From Antedon mediterranea (Eukaryota > Animalia > Echinodermata), in NCBI RefSeq assembly GCF_964355755.1, contig NC_092672.1:25922437-25986436 (forward strand): a stretch of DNA of 64,000 nt, given 5' to 3'. Positions 42,801 to 53,387 of the stretch are shown here, in pieces (position 1 is the first letter of the stretch; every line of letters starts with the position of its first letter). The position numbers and the translations under genes were made by a program. The notes below the pieces were generated by a model, which saw only the letters and a list, made by a program, of their open reading frames with translations, searched no databases and was not told where the DNA came from.

Positions 42801-45800
42801 GGAATAGTCAAATTGGCTGCCAACAAATTGGTTTTTAATTGAACCTATTCTGTCATTTTATAAGTGAAAACTTTTTTTTAACTTGTTTTCTAAGTAATAA
42901 TTGATTACTATATTAAAGATGAGAAATTAACTATTATTCAGTCTTATTTTATTAAGCTACATTTTATATGCCTTTAGGTGAAAATACATCTTTAAATTAC
43001 CAGTACACAAAAGTGTATACCAAATTATTTAAACAATTCTATTTTTCAAAAAAACTGCCGCATGATATAAATAGAACGGTTATAGGCCTAAGTATAATTC
43101 TTATCTTTGTCCTGTTGTATTTTCAGGGAGAACAACAAACGAATCAACGTTGTTTGAATACACTGCTGATGAATCATGGGAAACGATCAATAACCGAACA
43201 TTCAAGCCACTCTTTCTTGATGAGCTGATAGAAAAATACCAAAACACGACAATATATACAGAAGCGTTGGCAGCGTGTGGTGATAATAGGGAGTGTCTAT
43301 TTGATTCGCTAGTAACACGTGACCTTTCGTTTGGACTTAATACATTAGAAACCAGCGACAAAAACAACGAGGATGCTGGAGAATTAGGTAAATTAAAATT
43401 AAACAACCTTTATCAATAGAAGAGTGAACATCTTCATTGCTTTGCCGTGTAACAACTCGTTACCAATGTATTGGTAGACCTGTATTGATGATTTAGTATA
43501 CAGATAGTAGCAGGGTTGATACACTAACAATGTGATGATTCTTTACCCCGTAATCAGAAGTGATATATATTTATATATATATATATATATATATAACCAT
43601 ATCAGGCAAAGAACATTAATTCTAAACCGCCCGGTGATATACTGAAATTTAATTAATTAATTTGAAACGATAAAGATGAGGAAATCTGTGAGAATGAGAA
43701 AAAGTCGCTCCAACCGAGACTCGAACTCGGACCGCCTGCTTGATATGCAGATGTCCTAACCATTAGACCACTGGGGCTTTTATGGTATTGTTCAAACTCG
43801 ATTGGATAGCGACTCTTTAACATTCTCGGAGTGGTACGGCGGAACAGCACTAGTCCTCAGTTGTACGCACGCGCACCAGAGATCAAATTGATACGCCCTC
43901 ATCTTTCAATATTTTTATTCACGAGGCGGGATCTCCGAAGATCGACACCATATATATATTTCAATATTAATTGAGGCCACAGCAAACTTTCTACCAAACA
44001 TAGCCGAATTTATAGCAATTACCCCATTCAGTTCTGTAGTTAAGTTCAGATTGGTAATCATAAGTGAAAAGTTATACCTGAAAATCTCAGGAAATAAGTC
44101 TTTATTTCGACATTAATTCACAGCAAACTTTCCACCAAACATAACAGAAGTTGTAGCAATTAACCCATCCAGCGCTGTAGTTAACTCAAACCAGCTTCAT
44201 GCTACAGTAGGTACATCACATATCATTCGAATCAATGCATTTGATCCAAACGGAGATGATATCCAATATGGATTACAGGATACAGTTCCAGGAGCTGGTG
44301 TCGATCAAGGTAATGAAAATATAATTCTAAATAAAAGTCTAATTTAAACTGTTCTTTATAATCATAATAGGCCTACGCTAGGTACCAAAAGTTCTTCATT
44401 AACCTCAAGTAACGCGCTTAGTTGACGTGGAATGTTAGTGAGACACGCAATGACCGCATGGTACCGTCAAGGCGTTTATCGAAAATTTACCTCAGGTGTG
44501 ATGGGTTTGCATTGAGATTATGTTTGATATGTTCTTTTGATTTAGATGGAATTTTTACATGGATACCTGAGAACACAAATGCCGTCACTCTCACTTTCAT
44601 TGTTACTGACAGCAAAGGTTCTGTAGCCGCCTTTCCAATCGAAGTTATCCTGTGTGAATGTCTTAATGATGGTGTTTGTGATTTTGAAAGGCTTGTTGAT
44701 GGTTCGGACATTCTCAATAATCAATATGCCGTAAGTTCGTTGCTACTTTGGCCGTATTTTGAATTAATATCAGCAAAAAGACAAATATTTTGGCACATAT
44801 ATCATTTCAATACTTCAAAAATCACAAATACATAATATTATACCTGTATATAATATTTTCGAAACAAAAAATGGAAATGCCGACAATTCATAACAAGAAA
44901 GATAATAATTATAATACTGACTTTGTTAGAGAAGTCTAGTTTGTTGTCTGTGTGCAAAAAATGAGGTTTGTGTGCAATAACCATTACTGGTCGAAACTCT
45001 ATACATTTTAGAAGTTCGGGTTCATGGTAGAAGAGGGTTATTAACCACAATCAAGTACCACTACTTACCAAATACTTATTTTAAATGTTGAAGCATTCGT
45101 TGTCTTTTCGAAAAATTAATGTAATGTAGGCCAAACAATATTACATTTAAATCATATATACAGGTTGCTGAGTGTGACTGTCTACCGGCTTGGTCTGGTA
45201 CGAATTGCAGTGAAGACTTTGATGCTTGCTCAGGTGAACCATGTTACCCTGGTGTCGTCTGCACCGACGAAGAAGCACCTTCAGCAAATGGCACATGTGG
45301 TGACTGCCCGGATGGTTTGATTGGAACTGGTTTTAAGTGTTTTGGTAACTTAAATGAATATTAAATGTCTTCAAAGTACATGCATTCCAAAAAAGTCTGA
45401 ATTATGAGGCTTGAGCTATGTCTACAGTCAAACTGTATGTGACAAAATGTGTGTCAATTAGTTTGATAGTGTAGACAGAGCTACAGTATTTGATCTCAAG
45501 AAGACATGCAAGGCATGTATAGAGATGGAGTAGTTGAAGCTGAGGTTTTGTTCAACGTCTGTCATATGTTAGGATCGTTTCCATGTCATTTGTGTTGCGT
45601 CATAGTTGAAACTTGACTGTAGTCGTTACACAAATTTCAAAGATATAAACTAAGCTGGAGACACGTAGCAGCACCTAAGCTCAAACCAGCTCTATATTAT
45701 ACTTGTATGTAATATGTGGACATTATTACTGTACAATAACTACACAATATTGGATTATAAATGAAATTGTTACTCCTTTAAACATAAATATATTAATTTG

Positions 45801-48800
45801 TTTTTATTTAAGATGACAACGAATGCCTATCGGGCGCTGCAAATTGTCAACAAGATTGCACCAACACGTTGTTTTCATATAACTGTAGCTGTTACGAAGG
45901 CTTTGAATTGGACGCTGATGACAGCTCCTGTAATGGTAAGAAAAAATAAAAAGTAGTTAAGATTTGATAGAGCATGGTAAGTTTACTAAAACCATTTTCT
46001 ACATCATAAGAAATAAGAGATATAGTACTGGTGATGAATAGTGGCGATACATTGGGATAGCTAATATCGTAGTGAGTTTGTTGAAAAGGATTATATATGT
46101 ATTATAACTTTATGGGTATGTATTGTATGCTAGTAACATAATAAAATATACACTTGTTTACGATTTGACTTAAACATAACATCTTTTAACTACTGGCTCG
46201 TTGTCCTAAATCACCGGACCATAAATGAGTTTCAGTCGATATGTAGATTTTCATAACCGGTACATTCGTGTCGTATTTAACAGTTGCTAAATTAACAGTG
46301 TTTGGTTTACAGATATAAATGAATGTACTCTGATGCTAGACAACTGTAGCCCCAACGCTACGTGTCTAAATACAAACGGATCGTACGTATGTTCTTGCGT
46401 CACTGGGTTTAATGGGGATGGAGTAACGTGCACTGGTAAGTACTATTGCATAAGCAATATCGATTTTAATCAGATAATTGTGTCTCCGTTAAATATTGTG
46501 GCGTGGGATCATAAACTTTACAGGTGTTATCGAAAAGTAATTTTGCATGGATGAAGAGGAGAAAAAATGTACGTGATGGATACGATTGGACGAAACCAGA
46601 GGCTTTGGAATTCGATCGCACTGGACTGGTCAAATAAACAGAGTCGTCGGCTAACGTGACGAAGAAAAGTCCAATCCGAACACTGGTTGTAAATCACTAA
46701 GGGTTAAATTACCAAGTCCAATGGTTACTTTTATGTGAATCATGGATACATCTTTGTAAAACTATATTAAAAAATGCGTAAAAATATCGAAGTGGTAACA
46801 ATGGACAAAGTATCCAAAGAAAGTTGATAAAGTTATCGTATTCAAAAGTTTTAAAGATAGTCCAGTGCAAACAAGACTTAATGCTAATATGTATTTTACT
46901 TTAATTTCAGACACCAATGAATGTGGTTTAATTGACTACCCATGTGATACAAATGCAGTCTGCACCAACACATTTGGGTCATTTACGTGTCAGTGTATCG
47001 ATGGCTTTAACGGCAACGGCACGTTCTGTGAAGGTAAAACGCAATGCCATAGGCCTAATACTATGCTTAGGCTACATTAGTATTATTCGCCAAATCAAGC
47101 AAAAATATTTGCTTTGCCAATATAGATCAGATATCAAACTGCTGCTATTTTACACAAATTAGATTAGTAATTATGTAATACTACCGATTGACAAAATGAT
47201 GCTAGATAACTAGTTTCGACAGGAACCAGTCCTCCAAACAGTGGAAAACTGGGATTTTACAATTAAAGCAACATGTGCTAGGGGTAGAAAAAGTTTTGTG
47301 TGGATTTTATCATGATTTGAATGCAAATTAAGTGATCCTTGCGTGGCAATGGAAGACCAACTTATTTATTTCTATAATTAAACATATTATATATTAGATA
47401 TAAATGAATGCTCCACTTTGCTTAATAACTGCGATGAAAATGCTGATTGTGAAAACGCTGGAGGAACTTTTACGTGCACTTGCTTGCCTGGGTGGACCGG
47501 AAATGGAACCACTTGTGTGGACGTGAACGAATGCCAGACTGGAAGCCCATGTGGTGTACGTTCGATATGTACCAACACTATTGGAGGCTATAATTGTACA
47601 TGTCCAAGTGGCTACACAGGAGATGGCATAAACTGTATAGGTTAGTTGTTAATTTGTAAAATAAGCTTACTCATTACCCACAATACCTATAAAAGACGAA
47701 TTCGACGTCCACATGTTTCTTTAATAGTATAGAAAACACTATATCTAGATGCTAGTTACTAAATAACAAGTTATTGCATAACAAGTTACAAAATGCTAAA
47801 TAAACAACCAAGGGTATATCTTCCACATAAAAGCAAATAAACCACGTTCGTTTTTTTAAATAAAACATCTGGTTTTTAGTTGAATTAATTAATTATTTGT
47901 TTGACTTATATCATATTCAATCAATTTATTTCTAATTTACAGATATTAATGAGTGCATAAATGGAACCCATAACTGCACTGGAAATTCAGAGTGTCTAAA
48001 TAGTAATGGTGGTTTTACGTGTCCCTGTATAGAAGGTTACATTCTTGAGGAAGAAATGTGTGTAGGTACGTAAGTAAGATAATGGAGGCATATATAAAAC
48101 AGCAAATCAGTTTTTTGTGGTGTTAAAGTAAGAGAACCAAAATAGAGAACTTGCCAGCACCTGAAATTAGATACAAAAATAAATTGCAAAACAACTGAAA
48201 ATCATTCCTAATATATTAATGTGTGAGGAGATTTTAAAATAAACACTAATGTTTTTGAAGAGTTTTTTTTTTCAATAATCTATAATTACTGTGGATTGTT
48301 CTTTTCGTAGAAATTGAAGCAACTACAAGGATGACGACAGTAGCAGAATCGCCAATTACTAATGCAGTAACAACTGAAAAACGTTCAACAGCTGGCGCAG
48401 TGACATCAACAGAAAACGAGGCACCCATCACTACTCCAGTATCTACGACTGAAAAACCGGTAACTGTCGCAGTTCCATCATCGACGACAAAACAGATAAC
48501 CACTGCCGCCGGTCCATCAACAACAGAACAGACAACCACCGCCGCCGTTCCATCAACAACAGAACAGACAACCACCGCCGCTATTCCATCAACACCGCAA
48601 CAGGTAACCACCGCCGCCGGTCCATCAACACCGCAACAGGCAACTACTGCCGCCGGTCCATCAACAACAAAACAGACAACCAGTGCCGCAGTTCCATCAA
48701 CGGAAAAACAGGCTACAACTGTCACAACGGCAAGAACAGAAACAGAGGCGATCACTACAACAGTAGGAGGTACACTCATAATGTTTGGAAATATTTTCTT

Positions 48801-51598
48801 TTAGTTAATGTATTAAATTGAAGATTGTTGACAGATACATAATTAAGACCCAAGACTTAAGACAACTTAACTTACAGGTTTCGATTTAGCTTCATATATT
48901 TTGTTTGTTGTTATGATTTCGTTATGGAATCTTTAAAAAACAATGTTAATGTTTCATTATTTGGCAGAAACAATACGTTTGCATGATTGTATTTATGTAT
49001 TTCAGGTGATACATTTAATGTTCAGATAACAATAACTGACTTTGGAAGTGTGGAAGCGGTATTCACTGATTCACTGAGAGACACGACAAGTACCTTAAGT
49101 GTGACGTATAGAAATACTATCTGTACATCGGTATGTAAACTTTACTATGATAAATATTGAGTGTTTATACTATAATAGTATACACTAGAATGTATAACCT
49201 AATTAACATTAATTATGTACTTTACAGATCACAAGCATCACAAGTCAAAGTGGAGAAATCAACAGTCCCCCGTCGACATGTACCGTGGAGCGGTATTCTA
49301 GTGGCAGTATCATTGCGGACATGCTGCTAACCTTTCCAGACTCTTTTACTACTGCTCAAACTCTACAAACAGAACTAACTAGTGCTATTGACACAAACGA
49401 TGGTGTTCTACCGGGTACAAATTTTGCAGTTAATGTAGATGATCTATCTGTTGAACGTAAGTTTCAAGATCAGTTCAGAAATTGACGAGTTAATATCTAG
49501 ATCTTTACTAATTTACTCATGGTTATTATCATTATTATAATTATAACATACACATACATAAAATATAATTTCAATAATAGATGAAAAAGTTTATTTAGTA
49601 CAACATAAGTACAATGTGACATTCCAAAGTACAGTAAACATGTTGTCTGTTCCTTTTTTCTGTGATTATATTATTAACTGTTTTATGTGCAACTAAATCA
49701 TAAATAAACGTGTGATTTTCTCTTCCCTGTGTCTGCTTTGAATACAATTTCATTTCATAATGAACCAACCATTTCCGGGCTGTCCTGAAATATAATGCAA
49801 TGCGTCTTATTTTGTTCACAGTTCAGCTAACTTGCGATGGATTTTGCAAAAATAACGGAGCCTGTGATGACAGCGGCCAATCACTTGTATGCAAATGCGA
49901 AAATGGTTACGATGGAGAAACGTGTCAAAATGAAACCGATAGTAAGTTGATGACGTTGAAACTAGGGAAAGATTGATAGACATATAATCAGTAGGGTAAA
50001 AATAACGGTGTGCAATTAGAGATATCTCTCTATTATTTTAGTATTAAAATAGCAATTGAAACCAACGTGGAACTGATTACATTCTTCTAGTTTAGTGAGT
50101 GTTCATGGCTATGTCAACAACTGACATGGTTCATTTAGCAGGCTGATTGCATGTCAGTATTCCACAGATGATGCGTGAACCCACAGCTAGTTGCTTAGAA
50201 AAAACCAGAGATTAATGTGCGCATGCGTATCAGCCCAATACACATTTATATTAATTAATGGAAAATGTGTGTGGATTTTGCTAGCGACTGATTTTTTAAA
50301 TTTGGAAATGAGTTTGATAACATATCCCCAATATATTTTTGTTTTAATTTCAGACTATTTAGCTGTATACATAATAATTGGTCTTGCTACCTTAATTGGA
50401 CTTGTTGTGGTTTTTGCACTTGTGGTGTTGTTCATTATTATCACAAAACGCCGTCAAATTAAAGACATCGATTATTTTAGGTCGGGAATGTCACCTATTT
50501 ACGATAACGATTCCATTTCATCGACTTCTGAACAGCTTCATCTTTACAAGAACAGACTGGCTTATACAGCACGTGTAAGTAGGCTTAGGCCTATTGACTT
50601 ACAGTCAAAGTATGATGACGCTAATTACTCTTTTCCATGCATGATTATAAGAGAGACCTAATGTATAATATTTAATCAGGCATGAAGGAAAATAACTACC
50701 GCCATCACAAAAGATTTAAGAATCTTTGATTAACCCAAATAAAATCTGGTCATATCTTCACGTTTGAAGTAGGCAGAGACTGCTTTAAATCCATTCAGGG
50801 CTGTTTGATGGTTCAATAAAATTGTATATTAAACATCGATATAATAATCCAAAATATATTTTTCTTAAATATAGGACTATACTAATTACAGAAGAGGCGA
50901 CGACGAGGTGATGCGACCGTATGTTGTTACTGGTAATGAACTGGTGAGTTACTAGATAACATACGAATGTAATATAGATTGGGCCTAACAAACTAGCAAA
51001 CATACTGTTGCAGTAGCACTGGGAATAGTACTAAACTATTCTGAGCATACATAAGCAATAATACAATTAGACACTTTCACACTCCATGCCTCCACATAAA
51101 AGGTAAAAGCATTATTTAATTGTTCATTAGTGTTCTAAATATTCAATTCAATTCAATTTCTTTATTTCTGCAAATGCCATCAAGGGCTAATATCATACAA
51201 ACATAATTATACATACATTTAAAATTTAAACACATACACATTTTAGTCATTACTACTGTAGTAGTTATTGTTTTTAATTATTGTAATTATTGTTATAATG
51301 ATTATTGTATAGTTATTATAATAATTAATAAAAGTGTAATAAATTATATGACAACTATATCAGTGTTACCATGTAACAATTCTAAAACGCTAGAGAAACA
51401 TTCTCAATGATTCACTCAGAGGAGATTGAGAATAATCTTCAAGGTCCTAAGTTTAGATTTTCTAATCTCATTACTATATGTGCACCTCCTCCTTCCAAAT
51501 ACCTTTGTAGACGGCAATTGCTTAACGATTTTGTTTTTGTAATTTTGTTTTAGGAATATGACAGGCGCCGATGGTTAGCGGAAGAAGATCTTTTTTAA
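17356..51598 (+). CDS. Predicted MMP-transmembrane mucin chimera, 37 exons, about 4,536 aa: SP-propeptide-M10A catalytic-PTS mucin-LDLa-2xSushi-2xcbEGF-NIDO-AMOP-VWD-Ig/cadherin-like-EGF array-PTS-SEA-EGF-TM-cytoplasmic tail
   Basis: Exons 17356-17445, 20423-20670, 21142-21419, 21711-21869, 25463-32245, 32578-33237, 34659-34778, 35134-35313, 35518-35691, 35952-36074, 36236-36355, 37123-37268, 37713-37880, 38049-38210, 38725-39214, 39413-39595, 39712-39831, 40194-40396, 40937-41024, 41816-42001, 42442-42555, 43127-43387, 44124-44309, 44546-44730, 45164-45344, 45813-45935, 46313-46435, 46911-47033, 47398-47640, 47943-48065, 48311-48769, 49006-49130, 49228-49456, 49822-49941, 50354-50574, 50875-50943, 51554-51598. 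All GT-AG and phase-consistent, total 13,611 nt. The 21869-25463 junction is inferred, not transcript-proven. Confidence 0.75.
17563..17873. mobile_element. Crypton-like non-autonomous element with about 160-bp hairpin
   Basis: 17563-17724 is a long inverted repeat centred on CGAGGCAAAGCCGAG; ends CGTCCAATCAAATGACAGGAATTTATATAGGTGTTATATAA; inverted fragment at about 61845-61920. Family assignment from memory. Confidence 0.55.
17900..18810 (+). mobile_element. Decayed CR1/L2-clade LINE fragments (APE endonuclease and 3' end)
   Basis: Frameshifted peptides [39 protein letters not shown] and [10 protein letters not shown], typical of CR1/L2 ORF2. Confidence 0.7.
18826..19630 (+). repeat. Interspersed repeat, copy 1 (copy 2 at 23782-24887)
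   Basis: Collinear from ACTAGATGGT..GTGTCCACA to CCACGATCGGAAAACACCC..GGGGCAAATCGTTGAAC. Confidence 0.85.
21896..22043. mobile_element. MITE with AAGCTCTGTCTACAC-type TIRs (also 61093-61251 and truncated 45413-45482)
   Basis: AAAGCTCTGTCCACA...TAGACAGAGCTTT, with internal ATGGACATGATGA..CTACCAT..GGCACATCA shared among copies. Confidence 0.75.
23782..24887 (+). repeat. Interspersed repeat, copy 2, with terminal hairpin, in the MMP-B/mucin intron
   Basis: Begins CTAGATGGTACGC-GAGCGAAGCTA-GCGTACCATCTAG (hairpin); homologous to 18826-19630. Confidence 0.85.
25463..32245 (+). CDS. Giant 6,783-bp mucin (Thr/Glu-rich PTS) exon, phase 1-1
   Basis: Acceptor ttttttttacag|GG GCT GTA, donor ACC G|gtatgt; 2,261 uninterrupted codons of TT-x4 repeats ([24 protein letters not shown]). 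Confidence 0.92.
32578..33237 (+). CDS. Second mucin exon ([12 protein letters not shown] 12-aa repeats)
   Basis: ataacag|GA ATT..GCA G|gtttga, phase 1-1, 220 codons. Confidence 0.88.
33744..34237. mobile_element. About 490-bp MITE with about 50-bp TIRs (inverted copy at 62461-62946, decayed copy at about 9700-10224)
   Basis: AGGGAGTTTTCGCAACCTTACGAATACGATAACGAAAACGGATACGTCAC / GTGACGTATCCGTTTTCGTTATCGTATTCGTAAGGTTGCGAAACCTCCCT. Confidence 0.88.
34659..36355 (+). CDS. LDLa, Sushi x2 and calcium-binding EGF x2 exons
   Basis: [25 protein letters not shown]; [17 protein letters not shown]; [15 protein letters not shown]; [21 protein letters not shown]; [21 protein letters not shown]. All phase 1-1. 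Confidence 0.88.
37123..43387 (+). CDS. NIDO-AMOP-VWD cassette (MUC4/SUSD2/Mesh-like) with GDPH site
   Basis: [43 protein letters not shown] (NIDO); CTDW..TCPCS..CCY..CCEKS..YRPP (AMOP); [31 protein letters not shown] (VWD). Confidence 0.9.
37330..37650. repeat. Degenerate intronic minisatellite (CAGTGTGTTAACTCAGTATT / AAGTGTGAG cores)
   Basis: Repeated CAGTGTGTTAACTCAGTATT and GTAAGGCTTATGAGTCCTCAAT blocks. Confidence 0.65.
41313..41748. mobile_element. TIR element containing an 86-bp tandem duplication and a G-run
   Basis: TATAACACAAGAATCTCCTGTTC / GAACAGGAGATTCTTGTGTTATA; GGAGTAGGGCGCCCGCATC at 41424 and 41510; poly-G at about 41576-41594. Confidence 0.7.
43596..43950 (-). mobile_element. 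(TA)n-flanked element carrying a tRNA-like cloverleaf (43706-43777); truncated relative at about 4020-4135
   Basis: Reverse complement GCCCCAG-TGGTCTAATGGTTAGGAC-A-TCTGC ATATCAA GCAGG-CGGT-CCGAG TTCGAGT CTCGG-TTGGAGC; flank TTCTAAACCGCCCG..GAAACGATAAAGATGAG shared with 4027-4085. Confidence 0.65.
43983..44053 (+). pseudogene. Decayed duplicate of the 5' part of exon 44124-44309 (pseudo-exon)
   Basis: cacag|CAAACTTTCTACCAAACATAGCCGAATTTATAGCAATT vs cacag|CAAACTTTCCACCAAACATAACAGAAGTTGTAGCAATT; read-through hits TAA at about 44114. Confidence 0.7.
44124..48065 (+). CDS. Ig/cadherin-like domain followed by an EGF / cbEGF array
   Basis: [37 protein letters not shown]; then [34 protein letters not shown] and six D(I/T/D/V)NEC cbEGF repeats. 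Confidence 0.88.
48311..51598 (+). CDS. Membrane-proximal PTS, SEA domain, EGF, transmembrane helix and 80-aa cytoplasmic tail
   Basis: TTAAGPSTT repeats; [28 protein letters not shown] (SEA); [23 protein letters not shown]; [33 protein letters not shown]; ends WLAEEDLF* with AATAAA at 51610. Confidence 0.85.
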
Positions 51599-51866
51599 AG
51601 GCATGTATTAATAAAGAATATCGTGTGGTGTAAACCTGCCTTATACTCTTATACTGATGGTGTTACGTTTATTAATTTGTATATGGTAATAGATATTACA
51701 AAACAATTATCAAGAAGCACAATCTTATAATGCAATATACCATTTTATATTATTATTATACCGAATCCCAATTTTTAATACTGAATATCAATCTTTATAT
51801 CGTTATAGCGCTGTAATATAAATTTTCTCTGTATAAATATTTAAATTGATATTCATTGATATACAG

Positions 51867-51899
<33 letters not shown>

Positions 51900-53387
51900 T
51901 ATAGATAGATTTTGTCGCAACCAGACATAAAATCAATGGATTGTTACGAAGTTCCTATCTTGGCAACGCCAGCTCAGTGCCATGTTGTTAGATTGATTGC
52001 CTTGCTAGAACTAACAATTCGGACAACTGAAATATTATTCAATAATTGTGTTCCTTCATATCGAAACTAAATACGAGACATTGTATCACCAAATCGGGTT
52101 ATGAAAATGTTTAACTGAGTTTAGTAGGCCCAGTAGTAGGCCATATGGAAAGTTTGTTTACAATAAAGGTTATACATACATTTAAATGTAATTTTAAGCA
52201 GTATTAATTAATATAGTCCGAATGAAATACATTAGCTATGTACAGTTTATAAATAATAATAATGAAATATATTATATATTATATCTATGTATTTAAATAT
52301 TTATAAGATGCTATATATATTTTTGTATGAACTAAATATTATCCATTTATATTTTGTTAACAATTTGCTTTAAATTGTTTTTTTCTTATTGACTTTGTAA
52401 ATATAAACAAAATAAATAAATCATTAGCAATTATATTTTACCTATGTTTTATTCTTAAATGCCCAATTTAAGTTCAAGTTTCCTTATTGTGTTTTCAACA
52501 ACATGGTTTAAAATCAAAGTTTATTGCTGGTTAACGACATAGAGCTTGATGTATTGAAAACCATTCCCATTTACGGAACCAACAACTAGAATAGTACAGT
52601 AGTGTTTTTTTCGAATCGTTTGCTAACTTATAAACTTTTCGAGATTAATTTTAAATGAATATTTTCAAAATCTTCAAATTGTTAATCGTCACTTTATTGG
52701 CATACTTTCAAATTTGTTAAATTACAAATACAATGTAACATAACATTTGCATATCAATTATACGTTATCTAATTCTAATTGTTTTGTTTTGTTGACTGGA
52801 ACAACTCTGGTGCCAACAATTTGTAGTACGGATTAATGTGGTTCAAAGGACAGTACCATACTAAACACATCGCAGGTTAATCGAAGCAGACATCGAAAAA
52901 AAGAATTAATACCTCCTGTGCTTATCTCTCGATTTAAATCTAAGTTTAAAACGCACCCAGAAAACGGGTAGTAATAATTCGACTGAGCTATTTTGCTTAT
53001 TTAGACCATTACAGAGGGTATAAAGGCGAATGAGCACAACGATTGGAGACGAAGTCCAGTGTTTTCAAGGTTAAGTACAGACATTTTTTTGATAGCAACA
53101 CGGCCGTGGCTATTAAACAAATTGGTGAATACAGAGCGGAAAAATAATTATACAAAGTATATTGACTTAATACATACCAACGCTTCAATTGCATGATACC
53201 TTTATAGTTGCATAACTAGGCAGTTGTGTGTGCAATTGAGTGTAAACAATTAGTCAAAATATTGGGCCTGATTGATTTTATGTTTATTATTTTCTAACTA
53301 GATACCCATAAAACAGCCATATTTTTGTCTATCCATGTTGTATTTTTTCATAAGTCTGAGTGACAGTAGGCATACTGGTTTGACATC

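Noticed and set aside
43706-43777. Bona fide tRNA-Asp gene
   Set aside because: ATC anticodon, acceptor-stem mismatch, atypical loop bases and embedding in a repeated element point to a tRNA-derived repeat.
50893-50901. RGD integrin-binding motif
   Set aside because: Lies on the cytoplasmic side of the TM helix.
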